Assembly (NCBI GenBank): GCA_963798845.1
Contig: CAWCUS010000002.1
Span: 416,001 to 480,000 of the forward strand
Length of the DNA stretch: 64,000 nucleotides
From: an uncultured Gemmatimonadales bacterium
GTDB taxonomy: Bacteria; Gemmatimonadota; Gemmatimonadetes; Longimicrobiales; RSA9
Reading direction: 5' to 3'
The translations under genes were made by a program, and so were the position numbers. The notes below the pieces were generated by a model that was not told the DNA's origin, searched no databases, and saw only the letters and a program-made list of their open reading frames with translations. This document shows positions 45,430 through 55,255 of this stretch, piece by piece (position 1 is the first letter of the stretch; the number at the start of each line of letters is the position of its first letter).

Positions 45430-46794
45430 ATGTTCGACGAGCTTTCAGAACGGCTAGACGGCGTACTGGGCCGCTTCCGCCAGCGCGGGCTGCTCACGGA
45501 GTCCATGATCGACGAGGGGCTCCGTGAGATCCGCCGTGCGCTGCTGGAGGCGGATGTGAACTATCAGCTCGCGCGCGGGTTCCTGGAACGGGTCCGGGAA
45601 CGTGCGATGGGCGAGCAGGTTCTGAAGTCCGTCAAGCCGGGCGAGCAGGTGGTGAAGATCGTCCACGACGAGCTCGTGGAGCTGCTGGGCCACGAGCGGG
45701 TGGGGCTGGAGGTCGCGCCGGTGCCGCCTACGGTGATCCTGCTGGTGGGGCTGCAGGGGTCGGGGAAGACGACGACGGCGGCGAAGCTGGCGCGTCGTCT
45801 GAAGCGGGAGGGAAAGAAGCCGATGCTGGCGGCGCTGGACGTGTATCGTCCGGCGGCGATCGACCAGCTGGAGATGCTGGGTCAGCAGGTCGACGTGCCG
45901 GTGGTGTCGGACCGGGACGAGAAGGACGTGGCGAGGCTGGCGACGCGGGCGCTGGAGCGGGCGAAGTCGGAGCGCAGCCGTGCGCTGATCCTGGACTCCG
46001 CGGGCCGTCTGCAGATCGACGAAGCGCTCATGGCGGAGCTTCAGCGCGTGAAGGCGGCGGTCACGCCGGTGGAAGTGCTGCTGGTGGCCGACGCCATGAC
46101 GGGGCAGGAGGCCGTCGGGATCGCGGAAGGGTTCGACGGGGCCCTGGGGCTGACAGGCGTGGTGCTGACCAAGATGGATGGCGATGCGCGCGGCGGTGCG
46201 GCGCTCTCCATCAGGGCGCTGACCGGCGTGCCGATCAAGTTTGTCGGGATCGGCGAGCGGATGGATGCGCTGGACGTGTTCGACCCGATCCGGATGGCGG
46301 ACCGGATTCTCCAGCGCGGGGACGTGGTCGGGTTGGTGGAGCGGGCCCAGCAGTCGTTCGACATGGAAGAGGCCGAACGGCTGCAGAAGCGTGTGGCCGA
46401 GGAGGGGAAGTTCGACCTCGAGGACTTCCTGGGCGCGCTCCGGCAGATGCAGAAGCTGGGGCCGCTGGAAGGGCTCCTGGGGATGCTGCCGGGCGTGAAC
46501 AAGAAGCTGCTGAAGAACGCCAAGGTGGATCCGCGGAAGCTGAAGCACATCGAGGCGATCATCCTGTCGATGACGCCGCAGGAGCGGGCGAAGCCACAGA
46601 TCCTGAACGGGTCGCGGCGGCTGCGGATCGCCAGGGGTTCGGGGACGAAAGTGCAGGAAGTCAACCAGCTCATGAAGCAGTTCCAGCAGATGCAGAAGAT
46701 GATGAAGCAGATGCGGAAGATGGGGCTGGGCGGGATGATGGGAGGGGGGGCGCTCGGCAGAATGGGCATGGGCGGAGGATTCGGCATGCAGTAG
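45430..46794 (+). CDS. ffh: Signal recognition particle protein
   Basis: Motifs GLQGSGKTT, DSAGR and TKMDGDARGG, plus a Met-rich M domain. Confidence 0.98.
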   Translation: MFDELSERLDGVLGRFRQRGLLTESMIDEGLREIRRALLEADVNYQLARGFLERVRERAMGEQVLKSVKPGEQVVKIVHDELVELLGHERVGLEVAPVPPTVILLVGLQGSGKTTTAAKLARRLKREGKKPMLAALDVYRPAAIDQLEMLGQQVDVPVVSDRDEKDVARLATRALERAKSERSRALILDSAGRLQIDEALMAELQRVKAAVTPVEVLLVADAMTGQEAVGIAEGFDGALGLTGVVLTKMDGDARGGAALSIRALTGVPIKFVGIGERMDALDVFDPIRMADRILQRGDVVGLVERAQQSFDMEEAERLQKRVAEEGKFDLEDFLGALRQMQKLGPLEGLLGMLPGVNKKLLKNAKVDPRKLKHIEAIILSMTPQERAKPQILNGSRRLRIARGSGTKVQEVNQLMKQFQQMQKMMKQMRKMGLGGMMGGGALGRMGMGGGFGMQ

Positions 46795-46907
46795 AACCGC
46801 TCGGGCACGTCGACGAGCAGGAAGCACCGGGCCGAGCCCGGCGAGCAGGAAACGGGCGGTGGCGTGACCGGCCCGGCAACCAGAACAGACCGAAGACTGA
46901 GGTACAA

Positions 46908-47606
46908 ATGTCCGTGAAGATCCGACTCCGGCGCGTGGGCCGGAAGAAGCAGCCCTACTACCGGATGGTGGTGGCCGAGAGCACCGCCCCCCGGGATGGC
47001 GTCTACCTGGAAGAGGTCGGGTTCTACAACCCGCGAACGCGCCCGGCCCTGCTGCGGGTGGACCTGGAGAAGGTGGACGCGTGGCTCGGGAAGGGGGCGG
47101 AGATCACGGAGAGCGCGGCGTCGCTGGTGCGGAAGGCGCGCAAGGGCGGCGACTCCGACGTCCGCTTCGTGCAGCCGGGTGACGCGGCGCCGATCCTGAA
47201 GACGGCTACGAAGCCGGAGCGCCGGCCGACGTCGCAGGCCGTGGCAGCGGAGCCGGAAGCTGCGCCGGAGGGCGGCGCCAAGGACACGGTGGAGGACGCG
47301 GCCCCGGAAGCGGAGAAGCCGGAGCCGGCGGAGACGACGGCGAAGGACGAGACCAGGGCCGCGGTCGAGGCGGAAGCGCCGGAGTCGTCGGAAGCCGCCT
47401 CGGAAGAGCAGTCGGCGGTCGAGGCGGAAGCGCCGGAGTCGTCGGAAGCCGTCTCGGAAGAGCAGTCGGCGGTCGAGGCGGAAGCGCCGGAGTCGTCGGA
47501 AGTCGTCTCCGAAGAGCAGTCGGCGGTCGAGGCGGAAGCGGCCGCGCCGGACGTGGAAGCCGGCTCGGAAAACGCTCCGGCCCGGGAAGAGGCCGAGGAG
47601 AAGTAG
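46908..47606 (+). CDS. rpsP: 30S ribosomal protein S16 with long acidic C-terminal extension
   Basis: MSVKIRLRRVG.KKQPYYR..PRDG..E.VG.YNP. Confidence 0.95.
   Translation: MSVKIRLRRVGRKKQPYYRMVVAESTAPRDGVYLEEVGFYNPRTRPALLRVDLEKVDAWLGKGAEITESAASLVRKARKGGDSDVRFVQPGDAAPILKTATKPERRPTSQAVAAEPEAAPEGGAKDTVEDAAPEAEKPEPAETTAKDETRAAVEAEAPESSEAASEEQSAVEAEAPESSEAVSEEQSAVEAEAPESSEVVSEEQSAVEAEAAAPDVEAGSENAPAREEAEEK
47361..47540 (+). repeat. In-frame 54-bp tandem repeat (about 3.3 copies) within rpsP
   Basis: Units start at 47361, 47415, 47469 and 47523 (partial) and encode AVEAEAPESSExxSEEQS. Confidence 0.95.
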
Positions 47607-47612
47607 CCGGCG

Positions 47613-48149
47613 GTGGGCGACGATCCGCAGTACCTGGTCGTCGGCCACGTGAGCAAGGCGCACGGCACGGCGGGCGAAATCCAGATCTGGCTGCTCACGG
47701 ACCGGCCGGACGAGGTGTTCGCACCAGGTGCGCGGGTGCTGCTCGGCGACCGTGAAGGCGGCGTCGGCCGGGTGCCGGACGAGCGGAAGGTCGAAGCTCG
47801 TCGCCCCTACAAGGGCGGGCTTCTGGTGATGCTGGAAGGGGTCGGGGACCGGGGCGAGGCGGAAGCCATCGCCGGCCGCTACCTGCTGGTGCCGGCGGAG
47901 GAAGCGAGCCCGCTCGAAGAGGGGGAGGTTTTCTACCACCAGCTCCTCGGGCTGCAGGTCGAGACCGTGGCCGGCGAAGCGGTGGGCCGGATCCGGGAAG
48001 TCTTCGAGACGGAGCCGCACCACCTGCTGGAGGTGAAGGACGGGAACCGCGTCCACCTGGTCCCGTTCGCCAGCTGGGTCGTGAAGGACGTGGACCTGGA
48101 GCACGGACGCGTGGTAATCGATCCGCCGGAAGGACTGCTGGACCTCTGA
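47613..48149 (+). CDS. rimM: Ribosome maturation factor RimM
   Basis: Motifs VG.V.KAHG..GE, FYHQLLGL.V and LVPF. Synteny with rpsP and trmD. Confidence 0.93.
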   Translation: MGDDPQYLVVGHVSKAHGTAGEIQIWLLTDRPDEVFAPGARVLLGDREGGVGRVPDERKVEARRPYKGGLLVMLEGVGDRGEAEAIAGRYLLVPAEEASPLEEGEVFYHQLLGLQVETVAGEAVGRIREVFETEPHHLLEVKDGNRVHLVPFASWVVKDVDLEHGRVVIDPPEGLLDL

Positions 48150-48217
48150 GCCCGGCGCCCGACCGGAACGGCAGCGGGCCAGCCGGAGATGGAGAGGTCG
48201 GCCGGAAGGAGGGGTGG

Positions 48218-48913
48218 ATGCGCATCAACATCGTCACCATCTTTCCAGGCTTGTTCCGGGAGCCGCTCGCGCTGAGCATACCCGGGCGGGCGGCGGAGGC
48301 AGGGCTGGTCGAGTACCGCGTGGTCGACCTGCGCGAATTCGCCCACGACCGCCACCGGACGGTGGACGATTACCCGTACGGGGGCGGCACCGGGATGGTG
48401 ATGAAGCCGGAGCCGTTCTTCGAAGCAGTGGAGAGCCTGGGCGAGGGTGGGCGGCCGGCGGGGCCGGTCGTGCTGCTGAGCGCGCGCGGGCGGCGCTTCG
48501 GGCACCGGGATGCGGTGAGGCTGGCGGTTCAGCCGGAGCTGACGCTACTGTGTGGCCACTACAAGGACGTGGACCAGCGAGTGGCGGACAGCCTGGCGAC
48601 GGAGGAACTGTCGCTGGGCGATTTCGTCCTCAGCGGCGGCGAGGTGGCGGCCCTGGCTGTGACCGACGCAGTGGTGCGGTTGCTGCCGGGCGCGCTCGGG
48701 ACGCACGAGTCGGCGGCGACGGACAGCTTCTACGACGACGAGCTTCTGAGCCCTCCATCGTACACGAGGCCGGCGGAGTACCGGGGCCAACCGGTGCCGG
48801 AGGTGCTGCTGTCGGGGGACCATGCCCGCATCGAGGCGTGGCGCAGGGAGCGGGCAGAGGAGCTGACGCGAGAGCGTCGGCCGGACCTATGGAAGCTACG
48901 GGAGCGAGGGTAG
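48218..48913 (+). CDS. trmD: tRNA (guanine37-N1)-methyltransferase
   Basis: Motifs [26 protein letters not shown] and LLSGDH. Confidence 0.97.
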   Translation: MRINIVTIFPGLFREPLALSIPGRAAEAGLVEYRVVDLREFAHDRHRTVDDYPYGGGTGMVMKPEPFFEAVESLGEGGRPAGPVVLLSARGRRFGHRDAVRLAVQPELTLLCGHYKDVDQRVADSLATEELSLGDFVLSGGEVAALAVTDAVVRLLPGALGTHESAATDSFYDDELLSPPSYTRPAEYRGQPVPEVLLSGDHARIEAWRRERAEELTRERRPDLWKLRERG

Positions 48914-48917
48914 CGAT

Positions 48918-49265
48918 ATGGACATCATGAAGCAGATCGAGCAGGAACAGCTGCGGGAGGCGCTCCCCGATTTCGCGCCCGGGGACACGGTCCGGGTCAA
49001 CGTGCGCGTGCGCGAGGGTGAGAAGGAGCGCCTGCAGGCGTTCGAAGGGGTGTGCATCGGGCGGCAGGGCGGCCGTGTGGCGGAGACGTTCACGGTGCGC
49101 AAGGTGAGCTCCGGGATCGGCGTCGAGCGCGTCTTCCCCCTGCACTCGCCGATGCTCGAGTCGATCAAGGTGGTGCGGCGCGGTCGCGTACGTCGTGCGA
49201 AGCTGTACTACCTGCGTGCGCGCCGCGGGAAGGCGGCGCGAATCCGCGAGAAGCAGCAGCGCTGA
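48918..49265 (+). CDS. rplS: 50S ribosomal protein L19
   Basis: Motifs [23 protein letters not shown] and RRAKLYYLR. Confidence 0.98.
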   Translation: MDIMKQIEQEQLREALPDFAPGDTVRVNVRVREGEKERLQAFEGVCIGRQGGRVAETFTVRKVSSGIGVERVFPLHSPMLESIKVVRRGRVRRAKLYYLRARRGKAARIREKQQR

Positions 49266-49278
49266 GCCGCGGGCGACA

Positions 49279-49926
49279 ATGCCCGCGAGCGCGTCCGGCC
49301 GGAAGCGGCGCCGCCGCGGTGCTCCCCTGGCGCTGGAACGGGAGCTCTGGGCCGAAGGCCTGACCCGGGTTGCCGGCATCGACGAGGCAGGACGGGGTCC
49401 GCTGGCGGGTCCGGTCGTCGCCGCGGCCGTGATCTTCCACCCGGAAGTCCGGGTCCCCGGCGTGACGGATTCGAAGCAGCTGAGCGAGAAGGTGCGGGGA
49501 GAGCTCGTCGTCGAAATCCGGCGGCGGGCTCTCTGCATCGGCGTGGGGGCGGCGAGCCCGAAGGAGGTGGACAGGCTGAACATCCTCCGTGCCACGCACC
49601 TGGCCATGCGACGGGCGCTGGCGCGGCTGAGCGTCCGCCCGGAACACGTGCTGGTGGACGGCCTGCCGGCGGAGCTCGGGTGCCATCACACGGCCATCGT
49701 GGAGGGGGACGCCAAGTCGTTCACGATCGCCTGCGCCTCCATCGTGGCCAAGACCACGCGGGACCGGCTCATGAAGCGGCTCGCACTTCGCTACCCGGAC
49801 TACGGGTGGGAGACGAACGTGGGGTATGGTACTCCCGAGCACGTGACGGCGCTGGGCCTGTTCGGCCCCACACCTCACCACCGGCGCTCGTTCGTCCCCG
49901 TGCAGCTCTCGCTCGGGCTCAACTGA
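49279..49926 (+). CDS. rnhB: Ribonuclease HII
   Basis: Motifs AGIDEAGRGPLAGPV, DSK, IACASIVAK..RD and HRRSF. Confidence 0.96.
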   Translation: MPASASGRKRRRRGAPLALERELWAEGLTRVAGIDEAGRGPLAGPVVAAAVIFHPEVRVPGVTDSKQLSEKVRGELVVEIRRRALCIGVGAASPKEVDRLNILRATHLAMRRALARLSVRPEHVLVDGLPAELGCHHTAIVEGDAKSFTIACASIVAKTTRDRLMKRLALRYPDYGWETNVGYGTPEHVTALGLFGPTPHHRRSFVPVQLSLGLN

Positions 49927-49936
49927 AGGAAACGCC

Positions 49937-50410
49937 ATGCACACCGAGCATCTCCAGAACGTCCACCCCGTCCGCGTGCTCGCCGGCTGGCTCGTCTCCA
50001 TCGCCGTGACCGCCGTGGCGGTCTTCGCCCTGATCTTCATCGGCCTCATGGGCGCAGAACCCGGGCGCGATTCCGCCTGGGCCGTCGCGGCGGTGGTGAT
50101 CGGGTTCCTCGTGGGCGGATGGTTCACCGGCTTCCGCACGGTGGAGGCGCCCATCCTCCACGGCATCGCGCTCGGCCTCACGTCCCTCGTCGCGTGGGTC
50201 GCGGTGAACCTGCTGGTGGCCCTGGCGTTCGGGTGGGACCAGTGGACGGGGCTCACGCCGAACGAGACCGTGGTCGTGCTCCTGGCGCTCATCGCCGCCG
50301 CGGTCGTCGGCTGCCTCATCGGGAACCAGCGGGCGCGCGGCCGCGCCGCACACCTCGCCAGCCCCGCCACCGGCGTGCGGGAACGGGGCCGCGGGAGGGG
50401 GCGCGATTGA
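49937..50410 (+). CDS. Hypothetical 4-TM membrane protein
   Basis: Four hydrophobic segments. RBS AAGGA. Confidence 0.75.
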   Translation: MHTEHLQNVHPVRVLAGWLVSIAVTAVAVFALIFIGLMGAEPGRDSAWAVAAVVIGFLVGGWFTGFRTVEAPILHGIALGLTSLVAWVAVNLLVALAFGWDQWTGLTPNETVVVLLALIAAAVVGCLIGNQRARGRAAHLASPATGVRERGRGRGRD

Positions 50411-50436
50411 AACAGTCCGGCGTGGAGGTTTAGTTT
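50407..50436 (+). promoter_or_regulatory. Putative sigma-70 promoter of tRNA-Lys
   Basis: TTGAAA-N18-TAGTTT, 8 nt before the tRNA. Confidence 0.5.
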
Positions 50437-50444
50437 TGCCCCGT

Positions 50445-50517
50445 GGGCCGGTAGCTCAGCTGGCAGAGCAGTGGACTTTTAATCCAACGGTCGTGGGTTC
50501 GAGCCCCACCCGGCCCA
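50445..50517 (+). tRNA. tRNA-Lys(UUU), CCA not encoded
   Basis: Acceptor stem GGGCCGG/CCGGCCC, D arm GCTC/GAGC, anticodon loop CTTTTAA, T arm GTGGG-TTCGAGC-CCCAC. Confidence 0.96.
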
Positions 50518-50725
50518 TTTACCACCCTACTGCGTGACGATTCGCCAGACGCGCCCGTCACCGCGCGGTACGCCTCGTGCGCCTTCGGCTTCGCTCCTTT
50601 CCGACCGCCGCGGGCGGCCCGGGGGTGGGCGTGGAAAGGCTCGCGGAGTGAGGAAAATCACCGCGGTCGCATAGGGGCGATCCCCGACTGGCCCGGTCCA
50701 TAGGCCTGTCGTACCTTCTGGGACC

Positions 50726-52541
50726 ATGAGTCGGCTTGGAACACTTCTGACAACGCTGGTCGCGCGTCTGCGCGGCCTCCCCATCGGGGTGCAGGTGGTG
50801 GGCGGAGTGGTGGTTCTCGCTGCGCTGGGTGTGGGCTCCGTGCTGATGTACCGGACCTACAATTACGTGCAGCACGACAACCAGTTCTGTCTTCAGTGCC
50901 ACCTGATGCAGGACCCGTATGAGCGCTTCGCGAAGAGCGCGCACCGGGGGCTCGGGTGCAAGGCCTGCCATCATCCGAACATCATCCAGCGCAGCGAGAT
51001 GGGGCTGACGCAGATCATCGAGCAGCCCAAGGAGCTGACGAAGCACGCGAACGTGCCGAACTCCGCGTGCGCCGAGTGTCACATCAAGGGCAATCCGGAG
51101 GAGTGGCGACAGATCGCCAATACGGCCGGGCACCGGATCCACATGCAGTCGGACGATCCGTCGCTGCAGGGATTGAAGTGCGTGGAGTGCCACTCTTCGG
51201 GTCTGCACGAGTTCACGCCGACCGACCAGACGTGCGGGCAGGCAGGGTGTCACGAGAACACGCGGATCCGTCTCGGGAAGATGGGGAACCTGACGATCCA
51301 CTGCGCGACGTGTCACGACTTCACGACGCCCGTGGGCGAGGAAGCGACGCCGGCGCAGCTTGCCAGCGCCATCCGGCCCAACGCGCAGGAGTGCCTGGCC
51401 TGCCACCGAGATGCGCTCGCTGCTCCAGGACTTCCCTGCGGATGAGCCGCACAACGCGCAGTGCGGCGCGTGTCACGATCCGCACCGCCAGACGACGCCG
51501 CGGCAGGCGGTGCAGTCGTGTGCGAAGGGTGGCTGCCATGCACAGCCCGACACCCTCACGCCCTACCATCGCGGGCTGGACGCGGGCGTTCTCGAGAACT
51601 GCCTCAACTGCCACAAGGCGCACGAGTTCCGCATCCACGGCGGTGGCCGCGACTGCCTCGACTGCCACCAGGACATCTATCGCACGGATGCGCCCCCGCC
51701 GGCCCGGCGTCTGCCGCCCGCGGCCGCCGCGCCGAGCGCGTCCGGCGACACCGGCCGCGTGGCCAGTGCGCCGCGCGGCGCGATCCGGGTGGCGTCCGCC
51801 GGCCGGATCGATCCGTGGCTCATCCGCCTGGTGCTCGCTGCGCACCCCGGAGAGGCTGCGGTCGAAGCCTCCTCTGTCGCCGCCGCGGCACCGCAGCGGG
51901 ACACCGTGACCTTTCACCACGCGCAGCACCGCGGCGTGGAGTGCACCGCCTGCCACTCAATGCAGCGAGAGCATGGGGCGCTGACGGTCACGAGCATCCA
52001 GGACTGTCGGTCCTGTCACCACACGCAGCCGGTGGCGTCGAGCTGCACCCGCTGCCACGCGCAGCGCACCGTCCGCTCGCTCACGGTGCGGGTCCGGCGC
52101 ACCATGGACATCACGGTCGGGTCGCTGAACCACCCCGTGCGCACGCTCCCGTTCCAGCACCGGGTGCACGAAGGACTGGCGTGCACGAACTGCCACACGG
52201 GCGGCAGCGCGCTGAGCGCCGTGGACGTGAACTGCTCGAAGTGCCACGAGTCGCACCACCAGCCGAACCGCAACTGCATGGCCTGTCACGAGCAGCCGAA
52301 AGCCAAGGCGCACAACACGAAGGTGCACCTCGGATGCGCCGGCGCAGGGTGCCACCAGGCGGCACCGCGAAGCGTGGCCTCGGTGCCGCGGACGCGGAAC
52401 TTCTGCCTGGTTTGCCACCAGGCGATGGTGAACCACAACCCCGGCGAGAACTGTGAGGCCTGCCACGTGCTGCCTCGCCCCCGCGCCGCGGCCGCCAGGC
52501 CGTCCGGCACCGCCGGGACCGACCTCGCGGAGGGGACATGA
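50726..52541 (+). CDS. Membrane-anchored ~20-heme cytochrome c with NapC/NirT-like N-terminus, split by a 1-nt frameshift at about 51407
   Basis: N-terminal TM helix, then FCLQCHLM..Y....SAH..CKACH. Across the two frames there are 17 CxxCH and 3 CxxxxCH motifs. Confidence 0.82.
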
Positions 52542-52912
52542 AGCACGCGATCGCCACAGCCTGCCTGTCCGTTCTCGTGCTGGCCGGCTGCCGGGGCGCC
52601 GGCGACGACCAGGAGACCGGCAGCATCAGCGCCGACCAGGTCCGCAACGAGCGCTCGGACCTTCCCACCGCCGTCGTTGCGGCGCTCGACAGCGGCAACG
52701 CCGCTTACCGCGCCAACGACTACCAGGCGGCGCTCCAGCAGTACCGCAAGGTCGTCGAGCTCGAGCACGACCTGGCCGCCGGCTGGTTCGGGGTGTACAT
52801 GGCCCAGCTCGCCCTGGGCAACACCGAGGCGGCCGACTCCGCCATGAACGTCGCCCAGCAGCTGGCGCCCGGCGCCAGCCTCATTCATCCCGACCAGTCA
52901 CCGCAGCAATGA
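52538..52912 (+). CDS. TPR-like lipoprotein
   Basis: Lipobox LAGC. GN.AY...DY..AL..Y and AAGWFG...A..ALG fit a TPR pattern. Confidence 0.75.
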   Translation: MKHAIATACLSVLVLAGCRGAGDDQETGSISADQVRNERSDLPTAVVAALDSGNAAYRANDYQAALQQYRKVVELEHDLAAGWFGVYMAQLALGNTEAADSAMNVAQQLAPGASLIHPDQSPQQ

Positions 52913-53403
52913 GCCGAGCGCCCACCGTGCTCTCGCTCGCCCTCGCTGTCGCCCTGGTCGCGACCGCGTGCGGCGACCACGAGTTCTCTCCACCTTCCGA
53001 GGAGTCCCGGATCGCCGGAGCCGACACCCTCTTCAGCCCGGCAATGTTCGACACCATCGAATGGTCCTCGCGCGCACAACGCATCGACGCCGGGAACATG
53101 GTCTTCGCCCAGAACTGCCGGCGCTGCCATGGACCCGTCGGGCGCGGTAACACCCAGTACGACCGCGACCACGACCTGCACCCGCCCTCGCTCGTCGAGC
53201 CAGACTTCCCCTACGACAGCGTAGGCGAGCTCAGGCACGTGGTCTTCACGGGACACCGGGGCGGAATGCCCGGCTGGGGCGTCGCCAGTCTCGACCCCCG
53301 CGACATCGACGCCGCCTCTTTCTACCTGCTGGAGCAGCTCCGCCCGGAGATGCTCTCCGACAGCACGCGGCTGCCCGGACCGCTCCGGGAACGTCCGCGC
53401 TGA
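52909..53403 (+). CDS. Monoheme cytochrome c lipoprotein
   Basis: Lipobox ATAC, CRRCH and distal Met in GMPGW. ATGA overlap with the previous gene. Confidence 0.85.
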   Translation: MSRAPTVLSLALAVALVATACGDHEFSPPSEESRIAGADTLFSPAMFDTIEWSSRAQRIDAGNMVFAQNCRRCHGPVGRGNTQYDRDHDLHPPSLVEPDFPYDSVGELRHVVFTGHRGGMPGWGVASLDPRDIDAASFYLLEQLRPEMLSDSTRLPGPLRERPR

Positions 53404-53446
53404 CGACGCCGGGCGACCCGCCGGCCCCGGCCCCGACCTTCCCCCG

Positions 53447-53481
53447 GCGCCCCGACCCTCCCGGTCGGGGCGCTCATTTTT
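53447..53481 (+). terminator. Rho-independent terminator
   Basis: GCGCCCCGACC-CTCCC-GGTCGGGGCGC followed by TCATTTTT. Confidence 0.75.
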
Positions 53482-53733
53482 CGCGGCTCGAGGACCGGTG
53501 GCGTAGCGAGGCTGCGCCGGCGGAGGGGTGCGCGGAGTGCGCGTTTCTGCGCGCTCCAAGTGCGCGAAAGCGCGCGATCCGCCGGTTCAAGAACCCACGG
53601 CCGGATGGATATGAACGTCGTAAACGATTGTATTGCAATGGTTTCCGGGGTCTGAACGCTTTCTGGTCTCCGCCTTGTATTAGAGGAGGGCGGAAACCAC
53701 GGCCCGAGGAAGGGCCCTGATCGGGAGGCGGAG

Positions 53734-54900
53734 ATGACGACAATGACGGAAGGCGCGACTCAGGCGACGAGCCCGCTGACGCGGGGGATCGGGCCGGTAG
53801 GAAAGGTGGCGGTGAGCTGGGGGGCGGCGGGTGGCGTGCTGGTGGGTGGCTTCCTGGTGGCGGCGATGACGCTGGCGGGGAAGCTGAGCGGGCACGCGCT
53901 TCTGCTGACGAGCAGCGGACTGTTCGTGGTCGGGGCGGGTCTCGGATTCACGCACGGTGCGGTGCTGGGATGGATGGGCCGGGCGCGGGACGTCAGCCGG
54001 CGGGTGGCGGTGGGGCAGCTGGGTCTGGCAGCGGTGTACGCGGTCCCCGCGCTGCTGGTGTCGTGGCTGGTGGCGGGCTGGATCGCGATGACGTCGGTGG
54101 CGCTGTACACGGGGAAGATGGCGCCGCTGGTGGGCTCCGGGATCGCGTGGCTGGTGGGGATCGGCCTCGTCGTGCTGAGCCTGGAGCAGGGCTGGGCGGC
54201 GATCCGCGGCGCGTACGCGTCGTGGTCGAACGCACGGGCCGGGACACTGATCGTCGCGGCGCTCTTCAGCGGGCTCCTGGCTGCGTTCCTGACCGAGCGG
54301 CCGGAGCTGTGGGGCGTGCACCTGCGCGTCACGCCCGTCGGCGCGGTGCTGCTGGCACTCGCCGCGACGCTGTGGCTCGCCGGGCCGTTGGTCACGCTGT
54401 CGCTGGTCCTGCTGCAGCGGCTGCCGGTCAGGGCGCCCAGCGTGGCGTTCGGTGGGAAGGGAAGCACCGCGGTGAGCGTGGCCGTCGCCGTGCTGGTGGG
54501 CGTGGGCATGGCGCTGATCGCCCTTCCGTTCTACCAGGGCGACTACGTCCTCCCGGCCAGCACCGTTGCCGGCGTGCTCAGCACGGCCCTCCTCGACGAG
54601 GTCCTGCTCCGACTCTTCCTGGTCACCGCCGTGACCTGGGTGCTCCTGCGGGAGCTGAAGATCGGAAGCGGGCGCGCGGCTGCCCTCGCGGTCGCCGCCG
54701 GCGCCGCCGTGCAGGTCCTGATCTACCTCCCCGGCGTGCTGGCGATCGGGTTCCCCTCCGCCTCCATGACGGCCGGGTTCCTGGCCACCACCGTCGCGGT
54801 CCCGGCGATCGCCTTCGGGCTCCTCTTCTGGCGCCGCGGCTTCGGCACCGCGCTGGTTGCTCACGCCACCACGCTGGCGGCGCTCCTGATCGTCGGCTGA
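53734..54900 (+). CDS. Polytopic membrane protein with degenerate C-terminal CPBP/Abi-like motifs
   Basis: About 10 or more hydrophobic segments. Motifs DEVLLR and FG.LFWRRG...A.VAH. Confidence 0.7.
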   Translation: MTTMTEGATQATSPLTRGIGPVGKVAVSWGAAGGVLVGGFLVAAMTLAGKLSGHALLLTSSGLFVVGAGLGFTHGAVLGWMGRARDVSRRVAVGQLGLAAVYAVPALLVSWLVAGWIAMTSVALYTGKMAPLVGSGIAWLVGIGLVVLSLEQGWAAIRGAYASWSNARAGTLIVAALFSGLLAAFLTERPELWGVHLRVTPVGAVLLALAATLWLAGPLVTLSLVLLQRLPVRAPSVAFGGKGSTAVSVAVAVLVGVGMALIALPFYQGDYVLPASTVAGVLSTALLDEVLLRLFLVTAVTWVLLRELKIGSGRAAALAVAAGAAVQVLIYLPGVLAIGFPSASMTAGFLATTVAVPAIAFGLLFWRRGFGTALVAHATTLAALLIVG

Positions 54901-55255
54901 GAAGGGGAGGCTGGGCGGCGGCTGAGCCCGTCGCCCGGCTTCGATGCGGCCGGGGCTGCGGGACGCGGCTTCGGCCGCTTTCGCGCGTCCCGAGCGGAAC
55001 ACCGTCGTCGATCCTGAGCGCGCGCGGGAATGCGGGCCGCGACCGCGGGCGCAGCCGGCGTCCCGCGGAGCGCCTGAAGCCTCGCGCGCCCAACGCGCTC
55101 GCGCGCCACGCGACGTCCCGGCCCCGCCAGTGTCGGGGAATCCCCCTCTGTTTTCCACGGGTAATGCCCTCTACCGGAGTGCGCGGAACCGCGCAGTATT
55201 CAGCCGTGACCATGCGCGAAGACGCGCGGACCGCGTCGGAAGTGGAGGCCGGGTG

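Noticed and set aside
47361..47540. CRISPR-like array
   Set aside because: The repeats are contiguous and in-frame, with no unique spacers and no cas genes.
51443..51445. Selenocysteine or stop-codon readthrough in the cytochrome
   Set aside because: The continuation is in a different frame, so this is a frameshift rather than readthrough.
53664..53679. Sigma-54 promoter TGGTCTCCGCCTTGTA
   Set aside because: The spacing is right, but the -12 GC is GT and the -24 CAC is missing, so it is too weak to call.
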